A DNA stretch of 63,435 nucleotides, counting the filler, from Phoronis australis (Eukaryota; Animalia; Phoronida): NCBI GenBank assembly GCA_002633005.1. It is 8 parts of 8 records of this genome, joined end to end, with 100 filler letters (N's around TTAATTAATTAA, not from the genome) between each part and the next. Parts side by side here need not be neighbours in the genome. Positions count along the whole stretch, not along the records: positions 20,610 to 26,194 come from NMRA01002310.1; positions 26,295 to 48,895 come from NMRA01001337.1; 6 more parts are not named here. One strand, given 5' to 3'. Under the pieces are notes generated by a model. It was not told the origin of the DNA. It saw nothing but the letters and a program-made list of their open reading frames with translations, and ran no database searches. Below are positions 24,001-35,541 of the stretch, piece by piece. Position 1 is the stretch's first letter. Every line of letters starts with the position of its first letter. The position numbers were made by a program, and so were the translations under genes.

Positions 24001-26194
24001 AATGCCATTTTGAGAAATTCACGTGTTGGAAGTAACCTTTCTTGCCTGCGGTATCAGTGGCCACTGGATTCCAGTTTCCAACTGAAGCTGTAGGGAAATT
24101 GCTAATTTAAACCGTACAGGTTTATCAGTCTTTCCTACTTACCATGAATAATTGGAAGACTTTCCATGAGCAATTCCATCCTGAGGAACCCCTACAAATC
24201 ATATCAAAAATTTCCCGTTGTTTCAACCGCCTGAAACATCTGGTTGGTCTGTTAATCAGCCGGAAGTCTTGGTCGAGGACCAATTCAATACCTTGGGCAG
24301 ATGATCTGTCGGAAGCGGTCAAATCAATTAATTGCTATCAGCTGGTCCTCAGTCGCTGTTTCTTCCATTTATATTGCGTCTTCTCTGTTTTGTATACTAG
24401 AAAAGTAAAAACCTCATTTCCGAATATACTTTCGGGGGACTTACTTTTCTGTAATCTGGTGATTGATGCAATGATTTCAACTGCGTAGCCTAATTACTCC
24501 TTGCACACCGCGAAAAGAACAAAGACACCTGTGTACTTCTTATGAAGTACATGTACACATGTATGATGAATCGCACACAGCCTTATTAGGCCGGGTCGCA
24601 GTTGCATACTTTTACAAGGCATTAAAATGTGTTTTTGGTGATTTCACCCTAATCATCTGTCAGGGTGCGATTTAGAAAGTCCCCGTAAAGATAAAACTAT
24701 TGTTCCGATAATAGTTTGTCCTTACTGTGTCATAGAATGTACTCGGTTTTTCGAGATGCGCGCCCTCGCCCAACAATCATCCATATAGACGCTCAAAGCA
24801 TTATTCACGCTTTACAGGTAAAGAGATGTTGCACTTCTAAAAAGTGGCGAATGTAAACGGAGCATTATTTTCGAAGATTGAAGTCGTCGTTAATCTCCCT
24901 TAATAGTCAAACTCCGGGTTTAGTTTCTTTTTAAAGTTGAGGTACATGTACTCAGTGAACTCCATTTTTGTATGTGTAATTATGGGAACTTTTTTCTGTA
25001 TAAACACCAAACCTATCATGGTTTCCAAAGATGGCGCTGAATTGTGATCGCTAGAATGGTGTGAGAGTGTAGTCTTTTCTGTTGTAGTTATGTCTTCAAA
25101 CGGTGTTGTTCATCGTCTGCCAGAACACAATATTCATCATTGGTGGTGGTGGGCTAAAAATGACCCAGACGACGTCGGACATGTTAGCTTCGTTGTAAGT
25201 TCACAGTGGCATATTAAAAAGAGTCAAAAGTTGGTCTCTGACACCATCCCCCCCCCCCCTTCGCACCATTTCTTGGATGAGAACCTTGCAAAAAGTTTGG
25301 GGGCCAGAGTGGATTGAGCTGCCCTGGTCTTCATAATTTCCGCCTTTTCCCCACTCTCCAACGTTAGACGTTAAGGGTTTTCTGTGTCACTTTGAGACGT
25401 TTTCCGCATATTGCGGCTTGAAAATCCGACCCACCATAGTGCTAAGTCACGTGATCTTTCTGGTGTATAAAAAGTATAGAGTTGATAACCAGGGTCTTGT
25501 TCAAAATCATTTAACTTGAGGTGTACTAGAAATAAATTCGGGAAAACATTTTAACCAGAAATTGACCCGTATGCGTTTTTAAATTACGACCACTCTTTCT
25601 GCTTCATGTTAATTATAAATTCCATATAAGGGAATTTTCATGTTGCTAAATCATAGATTTTAACATTTTTGATTGCAGCTGTTAAATTTTCACGAGTTTT
25701 CGCTAAAGATTTTTTCTAGAGACAATGTGAGGTAACTGAAATTTCGTTGTAAGTGTTTCGTTGTAAGTGCTTCAGGCTTTACTGGGGAAAACGATTATTC
25801 TTTCCGTGGTTATTGATAGAAAATGCAAGGATGCGCGGCTTTGGGTATTTTTGTGCCCTCATCAAAGATAATTGAAAGCTTCGAAGTTTAATGTTTAAAA
25901 ATATTACTTGAGTTCAAATATTAACAGTCTTATTTGCAAAATTTTGGCCCAGAAAGTTTCAACGTAAGTTATTTGTCAAAACTTGGTATGGAAATGATGG
26001 TCTTCTATTGAAGATCATCATTAATCTTATGTATGTTTGGTGTAAAACAAATCCGTGCTGTTTTCAGAATGTGAACTATGTGAAACAGTCTTCATTGAGT
26101 TACCTTCGAGTGTATTATCAAGGTGCCTTGAGACAAGCGCAGAGTTCGCAAACCAACGGCGCTGGCTGTTCCAAATGGTACTTTACGTTTAACG
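21012..26194 (+). CDS. Protein with tandem CTHRC1 C-terminal domains, partial; exons 21012-21213, 22442-22603, 25088-25194, 26068-26194 (runs into gap)
   Basis: Domain 1: TFNYYKRDPSTSIHVIFIANTRL...RYKIKFNGNDCSSPGAIDG...|ISGMCDNIGSGAISITVHVS...NAYTGWKSRSRMIVEEIR. Domain 2: ...NDPDDVGHVSFV|NVNYVKQSSLSYLRVYYQGALR...GCSKWYFTFN. Both follow the CTHRC1 pattern CTFTK..SALRV.FSG.LR..CCQRWYFTFNGAEC..P.PIE...GLCEGIGAG...DASTGWNSVSRIIIEE. All four exons join in phase. Confidence 0.85.
22871..23485. repeat. 20-bp minisatellite with 260-bp higher-order structure
   Basis: Unit CACCGGTGTAACAATATACA, about 30 copies; the variant pattern at 23031 recurs at 23291. Confidence 0.95.
23657..23860. repeat. 51-bp tandem repeat (about 4 copies)
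   Basis: Unit GTCTCGGTCATTGTCTTTTTACAGATAGATGGACACAAGGTGGCGGGATGT; explains the 17-aa periodic ORFs. Confidence 0.95.
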
Positions 26195-26294
26195 NNNNNN
26201 NNNNNNNNNNNNNNNNNNNNNNNNNNNNNNNNNNNNNNTTAATTAATTAANNNNNNNNNNNNNNNNNNNNNNNNNNNNNNNNNNNNNNNNNNNN

Positions 26295-26778
26295 GATCTG
26301 TTCACTGAACGACAAACTGTCCTCTTCACTGGGTGTCGAACTGGGCCTGTAATCACTCCCACTACTCAATATCGCTGCAGGGCTGCTTAGAGGCTCTGGG
26401 CTGGAGAAAACAGCACAGGGCGAATCACTACTGGTTCCAGGAATTGCACGCTCTGGGGTACGTTCGGAAGCACGGGCGACAGTAGATGAGGTGCCTCCAC
26501 TGGCTCCAGTCACTGTACTGGCCACAGCTCGTGAGGCTTGTCGCTTCAAAAACGCACTTCTCGGGGGTGGCGACGGGGCACTGCCGGGAATCAACACAGA
26601 CGGAATGGCATCCTTCTTCAGGCGTTGTTTCGCAGGGACCTTCATCAGTTCAGCGTACAAATCCCTTTCGTAACCGGAGGGTAGAAAGTGCTTGCCGCAC
26701 ACACGGTAATTCTCCACTGCTTTGTACGTTGCGTGGACGGGTAACGCTGCGTTCTTCGCACGAACGAGCCAAAGTCGA
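26295..26778 (-). CDS. THAP zinc-finger protein exon (host gene or DNA-transposon ORF), partial
   Basis: After acceptor TTTTCTTTTACTAG the open frame reads RLWLVRAKNAALP...YRVCGKHFLPSGYERDLYAELM...RLKKDAIPSV, with the THAP Trp, CxxHF and AVPTIF-like box, then a Ser/Pro-rich linker up to the gap. The exon with the first two cysteines was not found. Confidence 0.8.
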
Positions 26779-29700
26779 CTAGTAAAAGAAAATCGGGAAT
26801 ATTAATTTCCTCTGTGTACTGCACCAAGTCATACACTGTTCGCTACTGGAAACTCAGTAAAAAAAATCCAAGAATGTGCAATGACATTAATTTTCCCGAA
26901 TTAATGAACAACGCGTTGAATTTACTTTAAATGCGTTATTCCTTTTTGACCTCTGGTTTTTGAATTTAAACTAGTACGTGTCAGTTTGAATACATTCTTG
27001 AAGACCGACTTCCAAACTTGTTTACGTTAACGTGTTTTCTGACTCGTTCCGAATGTAACTTCTACGTTTACGGCTGAACTAATTTGAACTCCAGAAATAA
27101 CGGAAATCTTTGTGTATAATTGCCAGCATATGTACGCGTATTCTGTACATACATGCTGTACACAATCATCACAAAAATCGTACCACCGACAATATGTTCG
27201 ACATACGCGCGAGTTTATTACTAACAACTCATAGTAACCGTATGATGTTTTACATGTTATGGTGTTATGAAATCCTGTTGTATTTTTCAATAGAGCCACT
27301 TTGACCAAATGCCTTTGTGCTCTTCTGCTTTGCTCGAATTTTTGTAGTCCTTGTTTTTAGATGAATTTAGAATCTCATCTTCTTCTCTCGTGAACAGTTT
27401 TTGTCGCATTGATAGAGGGCAAAGGGGCAGTGCCCCGGTCTTTGCCTTCGAAAGAGGATGACTTAAAATGTGAAAGGCTAAACTTACTTCCTTAAAAATA
27501 GAAAATAATGAAAGTTAATTCCACTATTGTGTGACCCTCCAAGAAGTTACCTTAAGATAAAAGGTTGCCTCACTATTTCACAAAAAAAACAAAAAAATGA
27601 AGGCAATCGTTTCCATCATCGGTCCCTACCCCCGTGAGCGGCCCTAGATGATACCAATAANCATCTTCTTCTCTCGTGAACAGTTTTTGTCGCATTGATA
27701 GAGGGCAAAGGGGCAGTGCCCCGGTCTTTGCCTTCGAAAGAGGACGACTTAAAATGTGAAAGGCTAAACTTACTTCCTTAAAAATAGAAAATAATGAAAG
27801 TTAATTCCACTATTGTGTGACCCTCCAAGAAGTTACCTTAAGATAAAAGGTTGCCTCACTATTTCACAAAAAACAAAAAAATGAAGGCAATCGTTTCCAT
27901 CATCGGTCCCTACCCCCGTGAGCGGCCCTAGATGATACCAATAAAACACACAAGTTTGATTGCCATCAATGAGCCCATTTCAAGGGCTAGGCCCTAAATA
28001 AAAATAAAAGGAATTATACTTTCAAAAACAGGATGAGTAGCAATTGATTACTGTCTCTCAGGTTCTCAATTTTCACCAATTGAAACAACTTCGATATAGA
28101 ACGGCGAGAGGGTCCGTGAAAAGAATTCTTTGCCACTTGGCAGAGAGGTGTTCCCGTAGTTACTGACATACATAGGCCTAGTTTTGAATTCCACTGAGTA
28201 TAATCGTCTTTTTGAGTTTAAAAATCTAATGAATAAATACATTCCGCAAAAGATATGCTTTACTTTCCACCGGCAAATAGAGTTATGGTCAAGTGCGTAT
28301 AGACGATCTCAGCATCATATTGCAAAAAATCAGTACACCTGTGACAAGCGCCACCGCGTTGTTTACTGACAAAACGTGTTTTTTGAATTTTCTTTCTTCT
28401 CCACGTTTCGCTGTATTTTTTTAGTGGACCACTGCCAACCTCGACGGTGAAACCCGAACCCTCAAAATTATTGGTCGTCGCAAGTACCCGGCTCCCCTCA
28501 AGCTACGATCCTGCTCAAATATACATCAGACAGGCCCAGGTTTCATAGTCACTGTCAAACTAAAGCGCACTGCCAACGTACTTTGGAAAGTTACCGCTTG
28601 ATGGCGCAGTTTTCAACACATGACCCATTTTTCTTGGAAGAAAAGCCGAGGGGGCGGCGACCGTAGAATGATGTTGGAGTTTATTGAGAAATAACTACTA
28701 ATTTTGACGATTACTCTCAGTTTTTGTGTTCCGGAGTTGGGGTAAGGTGGATTTCAGCAATGTAGAGCGATACTTTTTTAATGTTTTTTTTTCTTTTTGT
28801 ATTATGTGACCAATAATATTTTGATTGGTAGATTTCTCGCAAGATTTCTTCGAAAAAACTTTTAAACGTAGCCTACTTTTAGGCTTGAGAACATATTGCC
28901 ATTGGAGATTTGACTGAGTCGAGTGGAGCAATAATGTAGTTTACCTGCAACGTGATAAAAGTGCTTCGTTTTCAACGTCTAATCGGTCTAGGAAGGAGTA
29001 ATCCTTGATCCTTGAGGGGATTTAATATATCTCTTGAACAGTGTATGATAAATCTCTTGTTTCTTGAAGGGTGGAGTGTATTGCCGGACTTAGTTTAAGA
29101 AACAACTTTCTTAAATTTGACGAGTTCCTACTGTTTTCGTGTTCTGTAGTTTGTATACGATGCATTTTAGTGGCAAGGAACATTGATTGAAGTTAGTTTT
29201 TGAATTCCATCTCTGATAATGGTCTTGTGTCTCAAACTAAAGATTTCTTTGAAAAATATTTAGGTCAGCAGGCCAGTTAATTAATTGCTCATTAGAATTT
29301 TGCTCTGTGCGTGTAATTCATCGCAACTATTATCTTTTCTTGTGATATTTTGCCTTCTCACCCAGCCTGAGTTTGAATGGAACATGAAACTGACATGAGG
29401 CCATGCTTTGTAATGTGCAAATGATACATTGCAGCAGTTGTGTTTGTTATAACAGCTTACCTGTGATGTTGCATCCGTTCCTAAATGAATTTTATAAGAT
29501 ACTTTGCGGGCTTAAGTTAATGCAGGGCCATTAGTTGGACAAACCATAATGTGATAGCGTTCACATTCAAATCAAAAATTCTCATTTAATTTGATTACCA
29601 TTAAAACTTACGATGTCCCTCTTTTTTAGATATTGACATCTGGCTGTACCTAACTAGCATAAGCGAGCCGCGACTCACGGCTCACGCCTGTCATGTTCAT

Positions 29701-32670
29701 TGTTCAGAGTTTCCCGCCAACAAGTTCTGCACCTGACCATAGATGGAGCGATTGATTTTCTGTTGCCGTTTTCATTAAGAGCCTCCGTATTAAGATATGA
29801 ATAGAGGTCTTAAATATATGGTGATTAAAATAGCNTTATGCAGATTCACGATGTTTTTAAAACGTCTACAAACGGATCATATGACTTTAAGAGCCTCCGT
29901 ATTAAGATGTGAATAGAGGTCTTAAATATATGGTGATTAAAATAGCTAGTGTTCAAGCTCTTCAATCTCATAATGCATGCACTCTTGCGTCCAAACGGAA
30001 TGTTTTCTTAATGAGAGGGTAAGAGAGGTTACCCGTTCGTCTTCTTAAACCTGCATGCTTAAATAAGTGTTGTTACGGTAATGTAAACGAAAATAACTAC
30101 TCGTCTAGTGATTCTGTACAATATTTACATCTATTAACATTGACAAACACTTGACAAGTTATACAAAATATAGCACAAGGACGAAAACTGGGACTAACGC
30201 CAACACCATCACTTGAGCTTGTGGTATCTCGAGTCGCCGTCATCACCTAGATGTCCCCACATTGTCCACAGCTCCCGGCTAAATGTTGCAGACGAGTTCC
30301 ACGCACAAGAGCAGACGTAGCTGTCTTCACAGTTGAATGCGCTCACCACATCAACAAACCACTTGCTCAGTAGTTTGACGACATAAACTTTAGAATGTTC
30401 GGCACCAGTGTCTAGCTAACAGTTTACCAGTGTTTTATTGTAACAATCTCCACTCACGTCCGCACATCACAGGCCAACTTGAACTCCGCGGTCAGCAACT
30501 GAACAGTGGGTAAAACCGAAAACTGAACCCTAGCGCGAATAGAGATGCGTGCATCGACAATACATTAGCAGTGTTGACCAAATACCACACACATCTGAGT
30601 TACTTAAGAGATTAATTTCTTCACTTGTTGTTTTTGGTGACTTCTATGTTAATATTTACTGGTGCACACATCCTAATGAAGGCGCACGTCTTATCATGCT
30701 GCTTTCGATTCCTTTCAGATGCGAGGGCTTATTTCTATAACATTTATTCTTTTACTTCGAAATGCAGATTGTACGTACACAAGTGTATACAGTATATGAA
30801 ATTCTTGAGGAGTAATTCTTCTTTGTTATACTGAGATTGTCTTTTTGAATGATGGGACTGTAGGCTCAACTCCACTTGCTCAACTGAGCAACTATTGAGA
30901 TCTCTATACACAACTCTATAGTTGTATGACAGCTGAAAGCTGCTTGAAATTCTTTCTGAAACACTGTCAAAAGTCTATGACAACCTTAGACAGGTACACC
31001 ATGGATGTGAAACTGCGTTGTCCACCTAAATTTTACACAAGCAAGGTTGAAAACGAATTTTCCACTTGTAAACATTTCTATGGGTTCAGACATACCGGTA
31101 TATGATGATCCAGAGAATGCCAAGGGCAATCCACTTTGAGACCAACATTTTGGTTAATTGTGATTTACATTGTTTCTGACTAGAAAAGTATTAAATTCAT
31201 CAAGTGTAAGGTTTCATCAACAATGACACCAATGATTGGTGTCTTTCAATGCATGACATGTCAATTTTTTGTCTTTTCGTTTGATGAGGACATTGGCAGA
31301 CATGTGCAGAGAATTTGAATTTCCAGTTTGAAAAAAAATTGGACAAATAATTTTCTGTGAATTGTAGAAAAGTTTTGTTTTTTTATGCTGATAGTGAAAT
31401 TTTTGTGAAGCACAACGCACACATTTTTGATATCTTCAAGTCACTTTGTAAGACTGCTTCATGTAAGTTCAGTGAGTGTGACAGATGTACATGTTCAGAA
31501 TCTAATTCAGTGCTATAAACAAGTTTATTGATTTGTAACAACGTCCATGTTCTAGATTACTGAAGTATTTTGTTGAGTGCTCTTTGTTTTCAACCAAGTT
31601 TTCTTTTTAGTGAATAATTTGACCACTTTTTCTTTTCTTATATTTAACAAGTCAGTTGATTTGGTTTACAAAGTTTCTGAATCATATTTATCAAGAAAAA
31701 GAAAGTTTTCCAAATACAATATTTGTTCAAGTTTTGTTTCTGTTCTGTCTGAGACTTGAAAATTCTTTTTATTCACTGATGAAGCAAATATCTGTTCTCT
31801 TAAATAATACATCTGAAGATAATGTTATCATCAATTCTAAATTGTATTTCATTGTTTTGCATGTCTTCCTCTGTATCCTCATCATGAATAAATTTTCCAA
31901 CTTGTTTTGCGTCTAATTTGTTTAAAGCATTTCGTGTCATCTTACAAACTGTTGTTGAAATTCCACAGATACTTTCCCGAAGTACATTCTCTAAATTTAA
32001 ATTTGACACACAGTGGAACACCTTACAGTTGGAGAAATAACGGTTTTGAATAATTAGGTCATTGACAGTGTGGCTAAGGTTATCAGAAGCTGGAAAAAGT
32101 CTATTATTGTCGGTTTTATCGGGATTTTTTTAACTTTTATGCCGCCATGTAGTTACTTGAAACAATTTTTTTAAATCAAAAAGGTTCATTTGTTCTATAA
32201 TTAATTCTTTTGCTTTAGGGTTCTTCTTGTGCTTATGGATTGAATTGAAGTAAAGTTACCATAATTTTTTTCATCAATTTGTTAGTGACAATCATAAAAG
32301 TGCTATTTTTGATAAACCCTCAATTCCTAACATTGTTTTGGTTAACAGTGCATGTAGTATAGTGTATGAAAGTTATGAATCGATCCGATCAGCTTTTCTA
32401 AGATTCTGTTGGGCACTTTTCAATGGTTTTACATAACCTTTAAAACAATCTGATGGTGTGTTAGCCATTCAGAGAACAAAATAGTAATTGGTGGTGTTTG
32501 AAATCTGATATTTTGTTATCTGGATTGATCCATCTTTACATAATAATACGTGCAATCCATCATTTACTCATAATGCTGCACGATCAAGGAAATGAATTAA
32601 AATAGCATGCAAACCAACTTCCTGGTTGTATTTTATTTTTTCAAATTTCTTTGACTTTCTATTACAGACA

Positions 32671-34626
32671 ATGGCTGAATGCTCTGATGAAGAAAACTTT
32701 CAGCGAACACTAGAGTGTCCAATTTGTCTGGAACGTATCACAGATCCACGCTGTTTACCATGCCTCCACTCGTTCTGTGGAAAATGCATTGGGCAACACA
32801 TGGACGAAAAACAAAAAGAAGGCTCCTTCCCTTGTCCAGTGTGCACATTGTTATTCAAGGTTCCACCAGATGGCGTGACAGGGTTCAAACCTAACTTCTA
32901 CCTGATACAGATTAGTGAGTTATTTCCAGTAGTGTCCGAAGTCAAATGTGACATTTGTGAGCTTCAAGGCGCCGACAACTCGGCGACCTCTATGTGCATT
33001 CAGTGTAGGGACCACCTGTGTCAACGATGTGCGGACATTCATTGTTTAACTAAACTGACTGCTGAACACCATGTGGTCAGTTTGGAGGAAGTCAGGAGCG
33101 GTCAGCACTTGGAGGAAATTCGCCAGTTTCAGCAAATTCACTGCTCAAAACACGCCAAGAAGACGTTGGAGATTTACTGCGAGAATTGCGTAAAACCTCT
33201 ATGTCTCTTGTGCGCAATGCTTGAACATAAACAACACGAGATGAAAAATCTAGAAGAAGCTGCGGCGGAAGCTGGTGAAGTCATGAAAGGTTTACTGAAG
33301 CCCTGGACAGTGGCTTCAGATCATTCCATCATGTTGTCTGCAGAACGGAAGAAAGTTTTAGACAATCTTGTTGAAGAAGAAGAACGGCTGATTAACGAAA
33401 TACAGCAAGTGTACCACGCATTTAAAGAGGACATTTTGGTTGAAATTGAATCAAAGATGAATCAGTCGATTGAGGAACTGAAAGTGGAGATCGCAAAAGC
33501 CCGCAAACAAGCTGAGATGGCGTACAATGAAGCTGAGTTCAGCAGAGTGAACATAAGTAGCACTTTGAAATATTGCCAGAAAATCCTCGACTCGGCACAG
33601 GATGTTGAAAAACTGCAACAATTTCAGGACATTAAAGCGCGACTCGATAAGCTAGACATTCGGAAGATGGAAAAAGATGTGATCAAACCAGTGTTCAGAC
33701 AGCATCCGAGCACTTTGGCAAACCCTGATTTGACAAGGAAGACGTTGACAGAGCATGAGAAAGAGCGTGTTGCATTGCGGGTGTCAGAGATATGTCATCA
33801 GCCTGTTATAAGGAAGAAAGTGGCACTAGTGCACAGTTACGATGTGCTCAACCCGCAGAATGTACGGGGGTTCTCTGATTACTGTTATAGCCTGACACTG
33901 AATGATGATTGGTTGATTGCTACATGTGTCAAAAGTCATCAAGTTAAAGTCTTTGACAGGTCTAGTGGTAGTTTAGTGTTTCAGATGGGTCGTGGTCAAC
34001 ATAACCTACAGTGCCCGAAGGGTGTAACATGTACTGATGAGGGTGATATATTTGTTACATATGATAGTATTCATGGTGTGGTGAGGTACAACAGTAAGGG
34101 TGAGGTAATGAAGGTCACACCCAATGTGTTTAGTGGTCTGAGTGGTATTACATGTTATGCTGACCAGATTATTGTGGCAGATTGTGGTGGTGGACGACTT
34201 CTTATTGCTGACTTTGAATGTAACATTAATAAAGTGATCACTAAGGTGTCACTTGGACTGAGTGCATTCAAACCATGGTACGTGTGTGTAGACAAGGAGG
34301 AACATCTGGTGGTGAGTGACTATGGTCAAGGTCGTGTATACGTTATTGACTACAAACAGCCAGTCATAGTTAAAACATTCAGTGAAGGACTGAGTGCATA
34401 TCCACGGGGTGTATGTGTTGATGAGTGGGGACACATTCTTGTTGCTGACTTCCGTAATAACCAGGTAGTGTTAATGTCAGATCAGTCAGAGCACCCACGT
34501 GTGCTCATCACATGTGATGACGTCAGCGATCCTACTGACCTTGCTGTTACTGGTCCTGGTGAAGTGGCCGTGTTGGCGGAGTTCAGTAATTGTAAGGTGA
34601 AGGTGTTCAAGTACGCTGATATTTGA
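32671..34626 (+). CDS. TRIM-NHL E3 ubiquitin ligase (TRIM2/3/56/71-like), 651 aa, single coding exon
   Basis: Acceptor TTTCTATTACAG ends at 32667, ATG at 32671. RING C3HC4 (CPIC...CLHSFCGKC...CPVC), B-box1 (CDIC...CIQC...CQRC..H...H), B-box2 (CSKH...YCENC..PLCLLC...H..H), coiled coil, then NHL repeats (PKGV, PWYV, PRGV, PTDL). Confidence 0.95.
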   Translation: MAECSDEENFQRTLECPICLERITDPRCLPCLHSFCGKCIGQHMDEKQKEGSFPCPVCTLLFKVPPDGVTGFKPNFYLIQISELFPVVSEVKCDICELQGADNSATSMCIQCRDHLCQRCADIHCLTKLTAEHHVVSLEEVRSGQHLEEIRQFQQIHCSKHAKKTLEIYCENCVKPLCLLCAMLEHKQHEMKNLEEAAAEAGEVMKGLLKPWTVASDHSIMLSAERKKVLDNLVEEEERLINEIQQVYHAFKEDILVEIESKMNQSIEELKVEIAKARKQAEMAYNEAEFSRVNISSTLKYCQKILDSAQDVEKLQQFQDIKARLDKLDIRKMEKDVIKPVFRQHPSTLANPDLTRKTLTEHEKERVALRVSEICHQPVIRKKVALVHSYDVLNPQNVRGFSDYCYSLTLNDDWLIATCVKSHQVKVFDRSSGSLVFQMGRGQHNLQCPKGVTCTDEGDIFVTYDSIHGVVRYNSKGEVMKVTPNVFSGLSGITCYADQIIVADCGGGRLLIADFECNINKVITKVSLGLSAFKPWYVCVDKEEHLVVSDYGQGRVYVIDYKQPVIVKTFSEGLSAYPRGVCVDEWGHILVADFRNNQVVLMSDQSEHPRVLITCDDVSDPTDLAVTGPGEVAVLAEFSNCKVKVFKYADI

Positions 34627-35454
34627 ACTGTTCACTGATTAGCACATTGAACAAATTAAACATTGCTTTGTGGGTCTGTGTTGTGTTGCAACTACACTTT
34701 GACTCTCTTGAAGATGTTCTGAAGCCATGTACATTGTATGGAATGGTGTTGGGGTCATTTGAACTGTTAACTGAACATTTGATGCCTTTAAAGTAGTTTA
34801 ACTTTGATCAACAAAATCTTCCATCTAAAGTAGACTCAATCATTAAGTCTTGAAATACTTCAACTTTAAGAAAAATGTACAGAATCCGTAAAAACTAAGA
34901 AACGCATGATTCCATGAATGGCCATAAGCGTTTTATCTATGCAAATGGTGTTCCTGGGATTTAAAGCCTGGCTAAAAATGAAAATCAAATTGGGCCTTTC
35001 ACTTTCATAAAATTTGTCTCATAATTTCCTTACCTTACAGGATTTCAGAAACAATTAGCTATCCAATAAAAGTTATCAAATTCTATTAGCTTTGGCTTCT
35101 AAAATTGTGAATTCCAGTTTGGCGCATGTCTGCATTGCCTGCGACAGTCCATGGTTCAACAATTTATCTTGCAATGCTTTCAAACCACGAAATGCTTTAG
35201 TTAAGAATTCAACATCGGCAGTATAGCAGCGACAAAATGCTTCTTTAGGAGGTGACAACGAGCTGTTAAGAGTCATTAATGTTGCGCTTCCGAGGGCCAC
35301 AGCTCTACAGAAATACACACAGAATAAACAGCCAGTCTGCCATGCTACTGGATTTTGATTCAGGGGGTTTCAACGATATTGCTTAAAAAACGCCATGCAC
35401 AGTATTTGTTTCAGGTCCAGCTAATTTGATATCACGCGCAAATGTTAGTTTTAA

Positions 35455-35541
35455 CTTGTTGAGGGTCCTCTTGGAAAGCAGTGCTATCACTGAAAAGGCC
35501 ACCCTCATTTTAAATATCACAATAATAAATAAATAAATAAA
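35455..35541 (+). mobile_element. LINE/SINE 3' tail
   Basis: Stem-loop GAGGGT...ACCCTC followed by an (ATAA)n tail, typical of L2/CR1-group 3' ends. Confidence 0.5.

Noticed and set aside
23870-24500. Coding-looking minus-strand segment with a short GTAAGT...CTACAG intron-like piece (possible viral or transposon relic)
   Set aside because: No frame gives a recognisable motif and stops occur in all frames; unsupported without a search.
30950-32450. Possible decayed Helitron helicase or other ORF on the minus strand (LSKVVIDF-like fragment)
   Set aside because: Only one short motif-like match, and the remaining helicase motifs are not seen.
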